In this document: positions 29,403 through 43,158 of the stretch, in pieces
How positions within the stretch are numbered: position 1 is the stretch's first letter
How the letters are laid out: each line of letters begins with the position of its first letter
Source of the DNA: the human T2T-CHM13v2.0 reference genome, Homo sapiens
Length of the DNA stretch: 64,000 nucleotides
Reading direction: 5' to 3' (one strand)
Assembly (NCBI RefSeq): GCF_009914755.1
Contig: NC_060930.1
Made by a program: the position numbers and the translations under genes
The notes under the pieces: model-generated
What the model was told of the DNA's origin: nothing
Seen by the model: only the letters and a program-made list of their open reading frames with translations
Databases searched by the model: none

Positions 29403-29655
29403 CAGTTGACCCTTGAATAACAGGAGTTTGAATTTCAAGGGCCCAGTTTTATGTGGATTTTTTTTTTCAATACATACAGTTGGTATTTGTAGTTCTGTAT
29501 CTGAAACCAAACACCGATTGAAAAATATGGTTTTCCTTGGATGCTAAACCAACAATACTAATGATTGACTTTTACTTTTCCTATATGTGAGATTCTGCAG
29601 GACTTACTTTGAGACTGAGTGTGCACGGATTTTGGTATAACCTGGGGTGAAGGGG
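29403..29655 (+). mobile_element. MER2B-like TcMar-Tigger fragment
   Basis: ta|cagttgacccttgaataacaggagtttgaa TIR and ...gagtgtgcacggattttggtat. Confidence 0.75.
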
Positions 29656-30500
29656 TGCAACTCTTGATTCATCACTCATGTTAAAGATTAATTGAGCCAC
29701 TTGCTATTATACTTTTCACATCGATCTTTTACTTCTAAATATTTGTTTTGAGAAATTTAGTTTGTGACCATGACATTAAAGAAGATAGTTGCTTTTTGTT
29801 GGATTCTGGTAAGCAAAGGGGACAAGAAGCACATAGGGCCTCTTCTTCCCTATCCATCCTTCCAATTCTCCTTCTTTTGAGGGCATTTTGGATTTCCCAG
29901 CCTCCTCCTGCCTTATCTACAATGGAGGAAATAACAGCCCTCAGGTTATATTTCAGCCTTAGCCAGTTGGCCACACTCAAGAGACACAGATCTCATATTT
30001 CCACCTGCATAACCCATCCTGTAAAGACTCAGATTCAGACCATTCTAGGGCAGAGAAGTGTGCTAAAAAGCCACAGCTCTGAAGCCCTCTAAAGAGGCAA
30101 ACGCTTGACTCAAGTGTTTGCTTTGGGCAACAAGTGACTTCCTGCTTTGCAAAGAGAAATTTCAAAGGGCTGATTTTTAAAATTCCAAAGATCCCTAAAA
30201 GTCCTTATATTTTGACCCCTTACAGACAAAAATGAACCAGAATATCAGGAATATTTGGGTTGGATTTTCTTAAATTACAGAAATAACTAAAAGTTAAAGG
30301 AGCACTTACAGCAAAGAAGATAAGGGATTTAGTAATTCTTCCTCCCAAGAATTTTCAAATTTTAGTGCAGCCTAAGAATCACTCAAATAGTTCTGGCTAA
30401 GTTCTTGGCTTCACACTCAGAGTCTGCTCAGTAGACAGAGAAGTGGTTCAAAAATGTGGGCCCCCAACATTCTGGGAACTTGTTGAAAATGCAAATTCTA

Positions 30501-30934
30501 GGCCTACTCAGTGGCTCACATCTCTAATCCTAGCACTTTGGAAGATCAAGGTGGGAGGAGCCCTTAAAGCCAGGAGTTTCAGACCAGCCTAGGCAACACA
30601 GAAAGACCCTGTCTCTACAAACAATAAAAAGCCAGGCATAGTGGCAAGCATCTGTAATACTAGCTCCTTGTGGGGCTAAGGTGGGAGGATCATTTGAGCC
30701 CACTAATTTCAGGCTGCAGTGAGCTATGATTTTGACACTGCACTCCAACCTGGGTGACAGAGAGAAACCTTGTCAAGAAAGAAAGACAGAGAGAGAGAAA
30801 GAGAGAAAAGGTGGAGGGAGAGAAAGAAAGAAACAAAGAAAAGAAAAGAAAAGAAAAGAAAAGAAAAGAAAAGAAAAGAAAAGAAAAGAAAAGAAAAGAA
30901 AAGAAAAGAAAAGAAAGAAAAGAAAGGCAGGCAG
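30501..30934 (+). mobile_element. AluJ with tail expanded into purine microsatellites
   Basis: J-type Alu body 30501-30775; TSD gcaaattcta at 30491-30500 and 30935-30944. Confidence 0.93.
30838..30912 (+). repeat. (GAAAA)15 / (AAAAG)n pentanucleotide repeat
   Basis: Perfect run read directly inside the Alu tail. Confidence 0.95.
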
Positions 30935-31324
30935 GCAAATTCTAGAGCCCACCCCAGACTTCCAGAATCTAATACTCTGGAAGTGAGGCCCAGTAACCAG
31001 TGTTTTAACAAGCTGTCAAGCTGTCCAGGTGATTCTGATGTGCACAAATGTTTAATAACCACTGAGATAGAGCATGGTTTTTTTTTTTTTACCATTGTGG
31101 TTCTCACTTTGAGAAACTATTGATGGTCCCCAGGCCTGTGTCAGCTGTATCAGAACCTCTGCATACATTTAGAAAAACACTGGCAGATAGATGGGCTGCT
31201 AGGTTCATCTGTGGGCCATCTCTTCTCTCCCCACACATAATTATCTTCAGCCGAGATGCTTCATTATCAGGGCTTCTGCCTAAAGAGCCAGCTTCGCCTC
31301 TTCCTACTCCTTCCTTTTTTCTCT

Positions 31325-31440
31325 TCCGCTTTATTGAGGTACAACTGACAAATAAAAAGTGTATTTATGGTGTGCTACATGCTTTTTTGCTATATGTATA
31401 CATTGTGAAGTGATGACCACAGTCAAGCTAATTACTCCTT
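31325..31440 (-). mobile_element. L1MA-type 3' end fragment
   Basis: ctttattgaggtacaactgacaaataaaaa...tatgtatacattgtgaagtgatgaccacagtcaagctaatta. Confidence 0.75.
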
Positions 31441-31489
31441 TTTTGTCATCTTACTTTACCTTTCTGAACATCCTTAGCACCCTGCAAGC

Positions 31490-31800
31490 ACTGTGTTCTC
31501 CAGTCTGCCAACTCTCACTGTCCTTCAAGGCCCAGGTCAAGGTCATTCCCTGTAAGAAGCCTCCCTTTGACTCCCTCTAGTAGTGTGTACACCTCCCATC
31601 ACCTCCTCCCCCTGTCAAAGCACCTGCTGAACTGCATTACAATGCTCTATTTATGGGCTCCTCCACTGTCCTGTGATACTGCCACCTCACACCCCACCCC
31701 AGGGTAGGACCTCATTTATCTACTGTTTTGTGTCTAGCACTTAGCGCAGTATCTGGCACAGAGTAGTCAGGTGCTTAATCTGTGTTTGTTATGAATGAAT
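31490..31800 (+). mobile_element. L2 3' end
   Basis: tccttcaaggcccaggtcaagg...ctagcacttagcgcagtatctggcacagagtag...atgaatgaat. Confidence 0.75.
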
Positions 31801-31809
31801 CCCTAACGC

Positions 31810-31970
31810 AGCATGCTATTAGAGATGCTTAAGAAGGTAAAAGCATGGGCTATGGCATGAGGCTCTTGGGTTGAAGTCCTAGTTCTACCACTTCTAGCTA
31901 CTTAAATTTGGGTAAGTTACTTAATCTCTCTGATCCTCAGTTTTCTTATGTGTAAAAGAGAGACGGTGCA
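31810..31970 (+). mobile_element. MIR SINE
   Basis: gggttgaagtcctagttctaccacttctagct...ttgggtaagttacttaatctctctg. Confidence 0.8.
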
Positions 31971-32939
31971 ATTTTCTCATATTAAAGGAAGTATTCCAAA
32001 TTAAGTATTTAGAGCAGAACTTGTGAGTATTAAGTCCTCCATGCTAGGAAGAAAATGGACCAGAAAATCCTAAGACTAAGATGCTTCTGTCATGAGAAGC
32101 CTGCATATAGGACACTTTTCATTCATAGTCTCTCTATTTCTCTTTCATCCTCTTTCTTTCTCTAAATATGCCTATTTTATCTCTAGACTGCTAATATTTC
32201 TTTCTTCCTTTTTCTCTTTCTTTGACATACTACTTTACAAGTCCACAGCTGAGATCCCACATGCATAACCATGAGAGATGTGTGCGTGTGTCTGCGTGTG
32301 TGCATGCATGCACTCATGCATGCGTGTGGATTTGGTTTGGTGGTTTGAGTTATTGGGTTTAAAAATGGACCTAGTGCATATCAGTAAATAGGCTATAGGC
32401 ATTGACCAATTCCTCAATTATAAGTCTTGTTTTTGAAGGATAATCCATTACAATAAATAAAGTCTGCATGTCCCTGAAAATTGACACAGGAAATTGTTGA
32501 CTAAAGGTGGGTCTCAAGTCAAAAGAGGAAAAAAAACCTGGATTTAGAAATTTACATCAGATATGAAACTTACACATACAAAAAAAAAAACAAGCATAAT
32601 TGCCTGCTAAAGTAAGTAAGGAGAACTTGTAGACCATCTCTGAGAAAATGGATGATTTTTGCAGAAAGTTGCTAAGTTTTGTCAAGAGCAGCTGAGGTTC
32701 GATCTACAGTCACACATCATGTTGTGTTGGCAGTTTGGTTACAGATTTTTATTTTTTAAATCTTATACTTTTCCCAATATATGTATTCATATTCACAAAT
32801 AGGATATTCATTCACTGGACAGATGTTTCTGGGCACCTACTTTGTGCAGAATACTATCTTAATGCTGGGAAACTTATGGATGATTTCTTTCTTACAGCAA
32901 GTTTATTGTTGTTGGTGATGATGATGATACTATTGCTAT

Positions 32940-33210
32940 TTTTAATTGCTATCTCTTGTTGAGGACCACCTCCATCACAGGGTCTCTGCTGAGTGTTTTT
33001 TAACAAGCTTTTTAAATGCACAATGTCATTTAATTTTCACAACACACCATGAACTAGTTAGCTACTCCCATTTTAGAGAAGGAGGCTCAGAAAGGTTAAA
33101 CAACTTGCCAAACCTGGTTTAAAATCTACATAGATTGAAAGTCTAGCAAATTGAAAAATTTGAGGCAGACTATGAATCCCAAACCCAGTTCTTGTCACTA
33201 TACCATATTA
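32940..33210 (-). mobile_element. MIR SINE
   Basis: cccattttagagaaggaggctcagaaaggttaaacaacttgcc. Confidence 0.65.
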
Positions 33211-33517
33211 TGCTTCAAGATAGGCTGCTGAAACATAAATGAAAGGTTAAACATACGATGGTTCAAAGGATGGTACAAAGCGATACAGAATTCTCTTCCA
33301 AACTGTAGTCCAGACCAAGGGTACAATTCAGCGGGAAGAATGTTCCTGCAAACATAAGCCTGGACTGCAAAATCATTAACCTACCCAGAGAAATACAGGG
33401 AGGGACCCTTCTGCCACCAGTGTAAACACTTTTCTAAAAAAAGCTGGTAGATATTTTCTAAACATTGTTTTTTATGCCTAACTAAATGTGCATCATACTT
33501 TGGAAGTACTTCTAAGG

Positions 33518-33862
33518 CAGTGGTCTCCATCCTCTTTGGCACCAGGGACTGGTTTCATGGAAGACAAGTTTTCTAGAAGACCAGTAGAAGCGGGAGAAGC
33601 AGGGGCATGGTTTCAGGATAAAACCGTTCAGATCATCAGCCATTAGATTCTCATAAGGAGCATGCAACCTAGATCCTTCGCATGCACAGTTCACAATAGG
33701 GTTCAAGCTCCGGTGAGAATCGAATGCCACCACTGATTCAAGAAGAAGTGGAGCTCAGGCAATAACACTGGCTCTCCCATGGCTCATGTCCTGCTGTGTC
33801 ACCTGGTTCCTAACAGGACACTGACTGGCACTAGTCCATGGCCCACAAGGTGGGGACTCTTG
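33518..33862 (+). mobile_element. MER1B hAT-Charlie MITE, complete
   Basis: ggcaccagggactggtttcatggaagacaa...; TIRs cagtggtctcc/ggggactcttg; perfect 8-bp TSD ttctaagg at 33510-33517 and 33863-33870. Confidence 0.93.
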
Positions 33863-34859
33863 TTCTAAGGTGCTGGTTGAAAAATGCAGATTTTGCAGCA
33901 TTGCTCCCTGTCCTGCCCCTACCCCCATCTTCCTACACACACAGGTTCCAATTTAATAGGTTCAGGTAGAGCCCAGAGATATGCATTTTGATCAGCATCC
34001 AGCCAGTTTATCTACTGCTCATCTCTAGACCACACTTGCACAAACTGTGCTTTGCATCTCCATGTAAATATAAATATGTCATATAAAATATGTCATTACG
34101 GTTCTCTTATACTAATATATTATACATCTATTATTACAAAAACCCAAAATAGAGATTTTTAAAAGGATGAGATCTTTCAAAATAAAGAGCAGGGCACATA
34201 CTTTATCTTCATAGTCCAACAGAGGGTGTAGCATACCATCTGCCACCCAGAGTTGAGTGAACCTCTGGCCTTGTACCCTAAGATGCATCCCTGTCTTATG
34301 AACTTCTGGGAGACAGGAGGTTGGGTGGAATCTGTACTGGCTCAGTGCTTAGGCTCATTCTCTGTGGCCACCATTGTTCCCCTTCAGACAGGTCAGTAAA
34401 TCAATCTCCATGGCTTTGAAAGAAGAGTAGACAAGTTCTGCAGGTGCGCTGTGGAAAATTTATGCAACACCAGCATTGGCAGTGAAGTGACGATCTTGAA
34501 AAATATTAGTTATGCTATACCATGGCAACCCCACCTCAGGTGCATGAATATGCAGTGTCACTCATGACACATTTGGAAATTCTGCCTGAGTGATGATTTA
34601 AATAAAATGTGAAGTCCAAGTGTCATTCATTTCTGCTTTTAAACAGGACTTTAAAACTCATATAGGAAGTGTTAAGAATTGTGATTTTGATTTTAAGAAA
34701 AAGGTAGAAGTTTGTTAGTAACCTATATGTGAGTGCTTTAAAGTTTCAAAAATTATATTAAAATTAAAATGGATGAACACATCCATCCTGAAAGAGAACA
34801 AGATGTTATTTCACTTAAAGAAGAGATAAATCACTTAAGGGACACTTTTGCGTTCCTAA

Positions 34860-36230
34860 CTCTACATGAAATACTGATTAAAAACCTAATGTGCCAGGTA
34901 CTGTGCTAGGGGCGAGGAGTAAAAAGATGAATAAGATGGCATCCCTATGTCCTAGGAAAGAAGTGCATGTGAACAATTACTGAGATTTCAAACACAAAAG
35001 GCACTGTAAAACAGGCTTGGGACAGTGCTGCAAAGCACTTAGCAGGGAGATCAGTTCTGCACAGGGATGGGGTGACCTGTGAAAAGGAAGTAATTTGGTG
35101 ACATTTAAAATGGGCTTAGGAGGATCGTTTACTTGACAAATGTATTAGTCTGTTATCACGCTGCTAATAAAGACATACCTGAGACTGGAGAATTTAAAAA
35201 GGAAAGAGGTTTAATGGACTCACATTTCCACATGGCTGGGGAGGCCTCACAATCATGGTGTAAGGTGAGAAGGAGAAAAGTCATGTCTTACATGGTGGCA
35301 GTAAAGGGAGCTTGTTCAGGGGAACTCCCATTTATTAAACCATCAGATCTCATGAGACGTATTCACCACCATGAGAACGGTATGAGGGAAGCTGCCCTCA
35401 TGATTCAAATATCTCTACCTGGTCCCAACCTTGACATGTGGGGATTATTACAGCTCAAGGTGAGATTTGGGTGGGGACACAGCCAAACTATATCAACAGA
35501 GAAGGCAGGAAAGAGAAATCCAGGCAGAGGAATGAACCACAGTAGGGAGAAAGAATGAATGGAGAAGAGGTGGCTGGCCCCGGCTATAGCCATTGGGAAG
35601 CTGAGGAAATGGCAGAGGGAAAGGAACCTGTAAAAAACAACTGAGAAGTTGCAGCCAGAGAAGAAGGAGGGAGGCCAGGAGCATTGGTGTCCTGGAAGGC
35701 AGGGACAAGACTAGAGGAAGTGGAGAACAGTGTGAAGTCCTGCTGACAGTAAATGAGTTGGATTTGAGGATACAGAGGTCAAAGAGAATCTTGGCAAAAG
35801 CATTTGCTGAGGTACACTGGGGTAGCGTAGACAGAACACAATGTGAATGGTTGGTGATGATGTGAAGACATGAATCGCCATAATCCTTTCAAGAATTTTG
35901 TGGTGAGGGAAAATGAAGATGGAAGTGCAGCTGAGGAAAAATATGGGTTAGGAAGAGCTTCTGCTCCTATTGTTTTAAGATGAGAAGGATCTAAGCATAA
36001 TTAAATGCTAACAGGAAAGGGCCAATAAGAGGTGAGCCTAGTGAGGCTATGGGAATAAAGGGCAGGAGCACGGGAGAGCTGAGCTCTGGAGGCAGGGAAG
36101 GGTCCCTCTTCCCTTGGGACAAAACAGGAGGGCAAAAGAGATGGGTATTGAGGCTGATCCTGGCACAGATTTGGTGGTGAGAAGGCCAATGGCGTTATTT
36201 CCTCCAAGAAGTCACAGCCGTTTCCTGAGA
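34860..36230 (-). mobile_element. L2 fragment interrupted by a THE1 LTR
   Basis: atgtgccaggtactgtgctagggg...aaagatgaataagatggcatccct; purine-rich L2-like sequence continues after 35500. Confidence 0.65.
35141..35495 (-). mobile_element. THE1C/THE1D-like MaLR solo LTR
   Basis: tgtattagtctgtt...gagatttgggtggggacacagccaaactatatca; 5-bp TSD acaaa/acaga. Confidence 0.93.
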
Positions 36231-37899
36231 GCAGGCTGTGTGTGCAAGTGTGTACATGTGTATGTGCATGGTGCACACACTGGGCTTCGCTAGTGCTTGG
36301 AGATTTAAGGACGGTGAAGACACCATAAAGATGTCTCTGGGGATAATTGAAGAGTTCCAGGCTGAGTGAGGGCCCATGTCCCTCTTCTAATCTTTACTGG
36401 CCTTAGACCATACAAATATCTGGCTTCTTTGCACTCTCATTTGCAACACGTTGAGTTTGTGTGTTTGTATATATGTATAAATATATGGTCTTGAATTTTC
36501 CTGCAGGCAGAATCTCTGGTTTCTCTTAGTACCTAGTAGAGTTCAGACACATAGAATATATTCAATAAATAATTCTTAGTTGATTGAAATACCTTTCAAC
36601 TCATTATACCCCAGCTTTAGCCAATAAGTAGACTCCAAAGGTGAAAAGCAACTATAATTCTGAGATAGCCCTTCCCTAGGGACAGGGAACTGCAATTGAG
36701 TCATCATTTTTAGCATATGGGAATACATATTACGATAAAGAAAGAAGTGTTCTCTGGTCTGACCAATGATGGCTGCATGTCATAACACTGAATGAAAACC
36801 TTTTAAAATGCAATACTTTTTGTGCTTTACCTATTTCCTCTCCATTAACACACAAACATATGCACACTCATGCACACAAATGCACACATATGTGCACATC
36901 TGCGGGTGCACACCACTACCAAAACCCAAACATCTTTTTGCTCCTTAGATGGCTGGCAGCGTGAATTTTCTGTAATGTAAACGAAGAAGTGGTGGGCAGG
37001 ATAAAGGGTTAAGTAAGGATCTCTAGTAATGCTCCAACTTGTTCTTTGAGGAGTAACAAAGAGAGGAAGCACAGGCTTTGTGGAAGGAAATTCCCAGGCC
37101 CCACTTCGGACATTCGCAACCTGCCCTGTGAACCTCTGAGGGGTGTCTGATAATAAACACTTGCAAACAAAACAATCCATGAAGGCATTTTTACTAACAT
37201 TCTCACATTCTCACCAAAGGGCTACAGCACATTTTCCTGAATCTGCGGACCTTGGAGGGGGGACCTGGACATCCACCTGCCAGCAGAGGCCAACAACCCA
37301 GTCCCTGCTCAGGCTGGTGTTTGTACGTGCAGGTCCCCCTTGCTCCTTGGGCCTTTGATTGGGCAGGGGTGGTGATGGGGCTGTGGAATGCAGATCACAG
37401 ACTCAACACCGGACAGGATGTGTGTGGACTGCTGTGTGCAGACCTGAGACCCACCTCTTCATCTTTCACGGAGACCCCCAGACATAGCCCTGAGCATTGC
37501 AACTTTGAGTAATAATGCAGTGACCTTCCCCAGGAGTAGAAGGAACTTGACAAAGGCATGAAAAGCTTTGCTTGTAAAGTGTGCCAATTAAGTAACAAAT
37601 TGGCCTTCTTTTCCTGTAGTAGCAAAACAAACAAATAAAACCCCTGGAGACTTGACAGTAAATATTTGTGCACAAGTTTCTTGTAAGAAGCTCAAAACAT
37701 GTTAGGACCAAGATGCAAAAACTTAAGCAAAAGTCTAGTTTGGGTGAGATTATTTGTAATATTATACCTTATTTATCCCCAAACTAATAGGATGTGAGAT
37801 CTGTTATGCCCATTTCATCAATGAATAAATAAAGGATCAGAAACTGGCCTAGAATAATAGTAAAGTTCTGGGTGATTCAGGTATCTGATACTTGCTCTA

Positions 37900-37902
<3 letters not shown>

Positions 37903-37948
<46 letters not shown>

Positions 37949-37951
37949 TGT
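37903..37951 (+). repeat. (TG)n microsatellite
   Basis: Read directly. Confidence 0.95.
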
Positions 37952-39496
37952 TTATTGGGGCTGTGTGTACACAGATTTATGGCTTTTTTAAAACAAAATA
38001 TTCTTAAAATCACTTTATTAATTGCAATTCAAGCCAAGATCCTCAAACAGCATCGCTGTCTCAGGTCTAGACCAGAATTCACTTCACAGTACGGGTGAGA
38101 TTTAGATCCTTGACTACAAAAAGAAAGCTGACGCTTTACTTTTGAATTGCCGTCACCGGTCTCTGGAATATTTTTGGATGACTACTCATTTGCATCTGTC
38201 CAGAGTTGGCGGGCAATCTCCCTCTTGACCCCAGCCCTCAAGACCACATTGATCCAACCGAGGTGATGACAGGTTCCAGATTTTACTCTAGGCGGGGTTA
38301 ACATGAGCCTCTACTCAGGCCTCCTTCTGTCCTTTGTGCTACAACAATGGGCGGAAACACAGCCTTGTTAGAGGAAATTCCCAGGGCCATGCTTTGGACA
38401 TGAGACAGTGGCTTTGCTATGCTGGGTAGGCTGATGCGCATCTAAAAATAAATACCCTGGTCTGCAAGGGTTTCTATGATTTTGTCATGTACAGTTGATT
38501 ACATTTCAAAGGATTTTTTTTAATTAGTGTTTTTAAGAAAGCTAACTTAGGTAAGCCTTGAGAATAAAATATATCATGGCTTTGTTTCGGTCTGAAAACA
38601 TATAGCATTTGCTTATAACTGTTTCTGTTGAAAGGACTGCTGCTTTCTTCCCCCAGGATCTCAAAGTGAGATTGAAGAAAGCAAAGGCATGCTGAGATGC
38701 TGCCCAAGCATGGTCAGAAACATGTGAGGGTCCAGAACTGCAAGTTCTTTGAGTCCACAAAGGATAAAGTATTAACAGAAAGCTCTGGGGCTGCCTGGAG
38801 TGGTTGCTGATGTGTATAGGGTCTACCTAAGCCTAAGTCTTACTTCTCTAAAAGTTTCCAGATCCCTACTTCACAAAGAGACTGCTCTTGAGGTGGTTCA
38901 TGTAGCAGAAAAGGAAAGATGGGTAGAAGGCAGTGGCCAGTGAACTTGACTCACAGCAGGCAGACAGTTCCAGCCAGCTTTCTTCTCTCTCCAAAAGTCA
39001 AATATTCCATTCATAGTCCTTGCAACTTAGAAGATGGTAGAATCAGTTTCTTTTTCACATTTTAAAGTTAGACCTCGGAATGGCTAGGAACCCATATCCA
39101 TGTAGTCATATTTCCATTTTAGCTAGAGGAGAAATCAGGGCCAAAGCTCTGAGTCTTGCTGTTATTTGCCTGACTCTACTTGAGCTGAAAATGTACAGAA
39201 ATGTGGCAGTTTTCCATCAAATAGGAATGTGTTTGCAGCACAAGAAGTAACCCATAATTTAGTTAAAGAGTAACCCAAGAAGAGTGGTTTACAGTGAAGT
39301 TTTCCCTCCTCATTGTTCTCGTTTCTTTTTTGCTCTTTCCTGGAAGTCCAGCCTACTCCATTGTTACTAAGACCCTATTTTAAACTTACTGCAGCAGATA
39401 GGTAGGGCTAGCTGGTGAAAAGTCAGCTATCCTCACTCTAGCCTGATGATATTTTTTGCAGACCTTCATTTGGTGGCTTGGATCACCGCACTGACA

Positions 39497-39915
39497 TCAC
39501 GAGACTCTTGATAGCTTTGAGCGGGAAGGGACCTTTGAGGTCATCACCCGGACTCCACCCATTATGGGCATCCCTTTGGGAACACCCTGGCCACTAGTCC
39601 ATCTTCCAGGGTGCTGGAACATTGCCCGGGACAAGGCGTTCACCACACCACAAGGCAGCTCACTCATTTTTAGATGATTCTGATGGTGGGTAAATCCTTC
39701 CACACATTGAGCTGAAATCTGTTGCGCTATAATTTCCACCCATTGATCTTCTGTTGGCCTTCCCTTTTCCCACACAGAGCAACCTTTAAATATTTAAAAG
39801 CAGCCCTCATGTGCTCAAGATGTACTTCTTACTTTAATTGTCCCCTGAATGATCCTTCAACTGTTTGGTGAATGACAGTTTTCTCATTTTCACCATCTTG
39901 GCCAACCTCCTCTTT
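39497..39915 (-). mobile_element. L3/CR1 LINE 3' fragment
   Basis: gggaagggacctttgaggtcatc, caccacaccacaaggcagc, attgagctgaaatctg...aatttccacccattg match the CR1/L3 3' region. Confidence 0.75.
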
Positions 39916-39918
39916 TAA

Positions 39919-40238
<320 letters not shown>

Positions 40239-42109
40239 GACTTGGTGTTTTTTTAAAGGAACCTATTTGGCACTTTAGATAATTAATCTTCTTACAACTT
40301 TGTGCACTAAGTATTAGTTCATATTTTCAGAAACAAAGACTTGGCAAGATACAATCACTTGTTCAAGACAGGAGATTAAAAACCAGGTCTGCCTCTTTCT
40401 AGCCCACAACATGCCTCTCATTAAAAAAGAAATATTGAGCCAGATATAGTCCAGGCTGATCTCAAATTATAGCCTGAGATCTGTGGCAGGCCACTGGAAA
40501 CCTCTCATGCAGGTTAATATCCCTTTTGTTATTACGACGTGTGTTTATTGACAGAGATTAAGGTGAACTTGAGTGGGTAAGAAATTACCAGCAGAAAACA
40601 TTCAGTTGCTGAAAGGCAGCTGTAGACAAGGTGGGCATGGTGGAAGCCTGGAGGCAGAAAGGCATAGGAGCAACATGAAGCAAGAAGGGATTCTAGAGGT
40701 GCAGGAGGCATCTCATTTGGAAGCTCTGGACAATGGAGGGAGAAGAGAAGAAGGCTGGAAGACAGAAATAGCTGTCCCTTGAGAGCGCCTCGGCAGTTTA
40801 CTTCAGCCTAAACCTGCTGGCTGTATCTGTTTGCTTTCTCCCAAGTGTCCATGTGCTCTATGGAAGGGCAAAGCATGGGGGAAAATGATACTATGCCCTT
40901 CTCCACCATTTGATTCTAGGTGAAATATGGCTAAGACACAAATCTTTGGGTGGAAAAAGGAGAATACCACATGTAGTCAGAAAGGGAATCCTTTTAGCTG
41001 TGCTGCAGTGAGGGATGATGTCAGGAACTGGCTATATGTCTACGTGCTTCTAGGTTTTTCCTGCACCACTTGGTAGAGCTACTTCCTCCTCTTTTCCTGG
41101 CTGCTTTCCTAAAGCAGGGACTGCTTAATGGAGGCCTTTCCTCCCTCCTCATCTAACCTGCTTCAAAGCAGCTCTGCACCCAGCAATGAATGTCTCATGG
41201 ATTTCTCTGAGTTGCAGGGCACTGCTCTCCAGGAGTCACGGGCAAACTGTGCTGTTGGGGAATTACCAAAGCACAATGTTAATGTCAATGGCTGAACATG
41301 TGGGCATAGTAATAAAATGGCTCTCTTAAGATCTCTTCGAGCTGGCTTGACTCAGAGAAATACAGAGCACCGCCTTCCAAATTGCCATGAAGCATGAGAG
41401 AATGTGAGTGCAGAGGCTCTGTGGATATGGTCTTCTCTTTGCACTCTGAAATCAGGGATTCTCTCCCCTGTAGCTCTCTGTCTTTTTCACCACTTGAAAA
41501 ACTCAAGGTTCAGAGAAAAGTTGTGGACCCACCCAAGGGTCACATGGCAAGATAGTTGCAGGTACAGGACCAAATCTGGGGCCCCAAAGCACAGTTCAGC
41601 TGTCTTTCTATTGAACCACACTGACTTCAAGCTTTAAGCTCTCGAGGCCTTTACTTGGATGTGCCAGCATTTGTTAGGGATCAAGCTTATTTCAGTTTTC
41701 CTTAATACTTCCATGAAAGAGAGGTAGCATAGAGGATGACAAAAAGTAAGTCCTCCAGATGAGCGCTGCATGGAGGCAGGACTCACATCTATATTGTTTG
41801 CCATCATATCCCTAGCACATAGCACACTGCCTGCCCTGTGAAAGGGACTCAGTGAGTCCTTGACTTCGAGTGGCAGAGAATGAGGGGCACTGACAGGGAA
41901 ACAACTAATGAAAGAGGCTGTCACATAGATGTAAAGAAGTAGATTCTAAAAGGCATGGCACATGGAAAGTACTCAAAATATTTGGTGAGTAAATGAATCC
42001 AGCAACATTTCAGAAAGAAGAGTGTGGGAAAATGCTATAGGGATTAAAAATATCCTTGGAAGATTCAAACTATAGATCTCGATCTGATAATTAGGGTTTT
42101 TCAGACAAT

Positions 42110-42540
42110 GTACACATTCATTTGCTCATTCATTCATTCATTTAACAAAATTGATTGAGCAGAAGCTATGTGCCCAAAACTGTGCCAAATGCTATGGGTT
42201 TAGACATAGAAGACCAATAACTCCTCAAGAGTCAAAATAAATATAGCAACTATCACTTAATGTGCTTAGGGATATGTCAAAACATTCCACTAAGTACCAG
42301 AAAAATAGCAGACCTGAGAACCGCTTAGTAGAAGATGGATGGAGGGGAATGAAGGTGTACAAACCAGGCCTTAATGGGCAATTGGGTGGGGAAGATGAAT
42401 AGAGGTGTCCCAGGCAGGGAGGACAGCACACACAGAAATAGGCAGGCATTAGAGCATTCAAATATTAGGGAAATGCAAGGTACTTAGTTTAGTTGCAAAG
42501 TCAGATACTGAGAGGGTGAGGCTGGCAGGATGATAAGGAG
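42110..42540 (-). mobile_element. L2 3' end
   Basis: cattcattcattcatttaacaaaattgattgagc...tatgtgccc. Confidence 0.7.
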
Positions 42541-42569
42541 CCGACTTTTGATTTTTCTACCTTCTTTAA

Positions 42570-42730
42570 GTGAATGCTTCTCAAACTTTAATGTGCATAT
42601 GCATCACCCAGGGATTAAAATGCAGATTCAGTAAATCTGGGGAGGGAATAAAGAATTTGTTCCCAAGTGATCACTCCCGACTGATGCCTGATGCAGCTAG
42701 TCCTTGGACTACACTTTAGGTAGCAAGGCT
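42570..42730. mobile_element. MER5A-like MITE
   Basis: ttctcaaacttttaatgtgcatatgcatcaccca...aaaatgcagattcagtaaatctggg...cactttagg. Confidence 0.75.
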
Positions 42731-42761
42731 GTAAGCAACAGAGTGCAATAGAAATATTTCA

Positions 42762-43056
<295 letters not shown>

Positions 43057-43070
43057 TATATATATATAGA

Positions 43071-43155
<85 letters not shown>
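43057..43155. repeat. (TA)n array of about 49 units with three interruptions
   Basis: Read directly. Confidence 0.97.

Positions 43156-43158
<3 letters not shown>

Larger units (their letters stand above)
30435..31065. mobile_element. MER5A hAT MITE split by AluJ
   Basis: ctgggaacttgttgaaaatgcaaattct | ...ccccaccccagact...tgttttaacaagc...ccaggtgattctgatgtgcac. Confidence 0.85.

Noticed and set aside
30690-31123. Lys/Arg/Glu-rich and Phe/Ser-rich ORFs
   Set aside because: Translations of the (AAAAG)n Alu tail.
35133-35558. 141-aa ORF
   Set aside because: Antisense reading of a THE1 LTR with a non-ATG start; no coding features.
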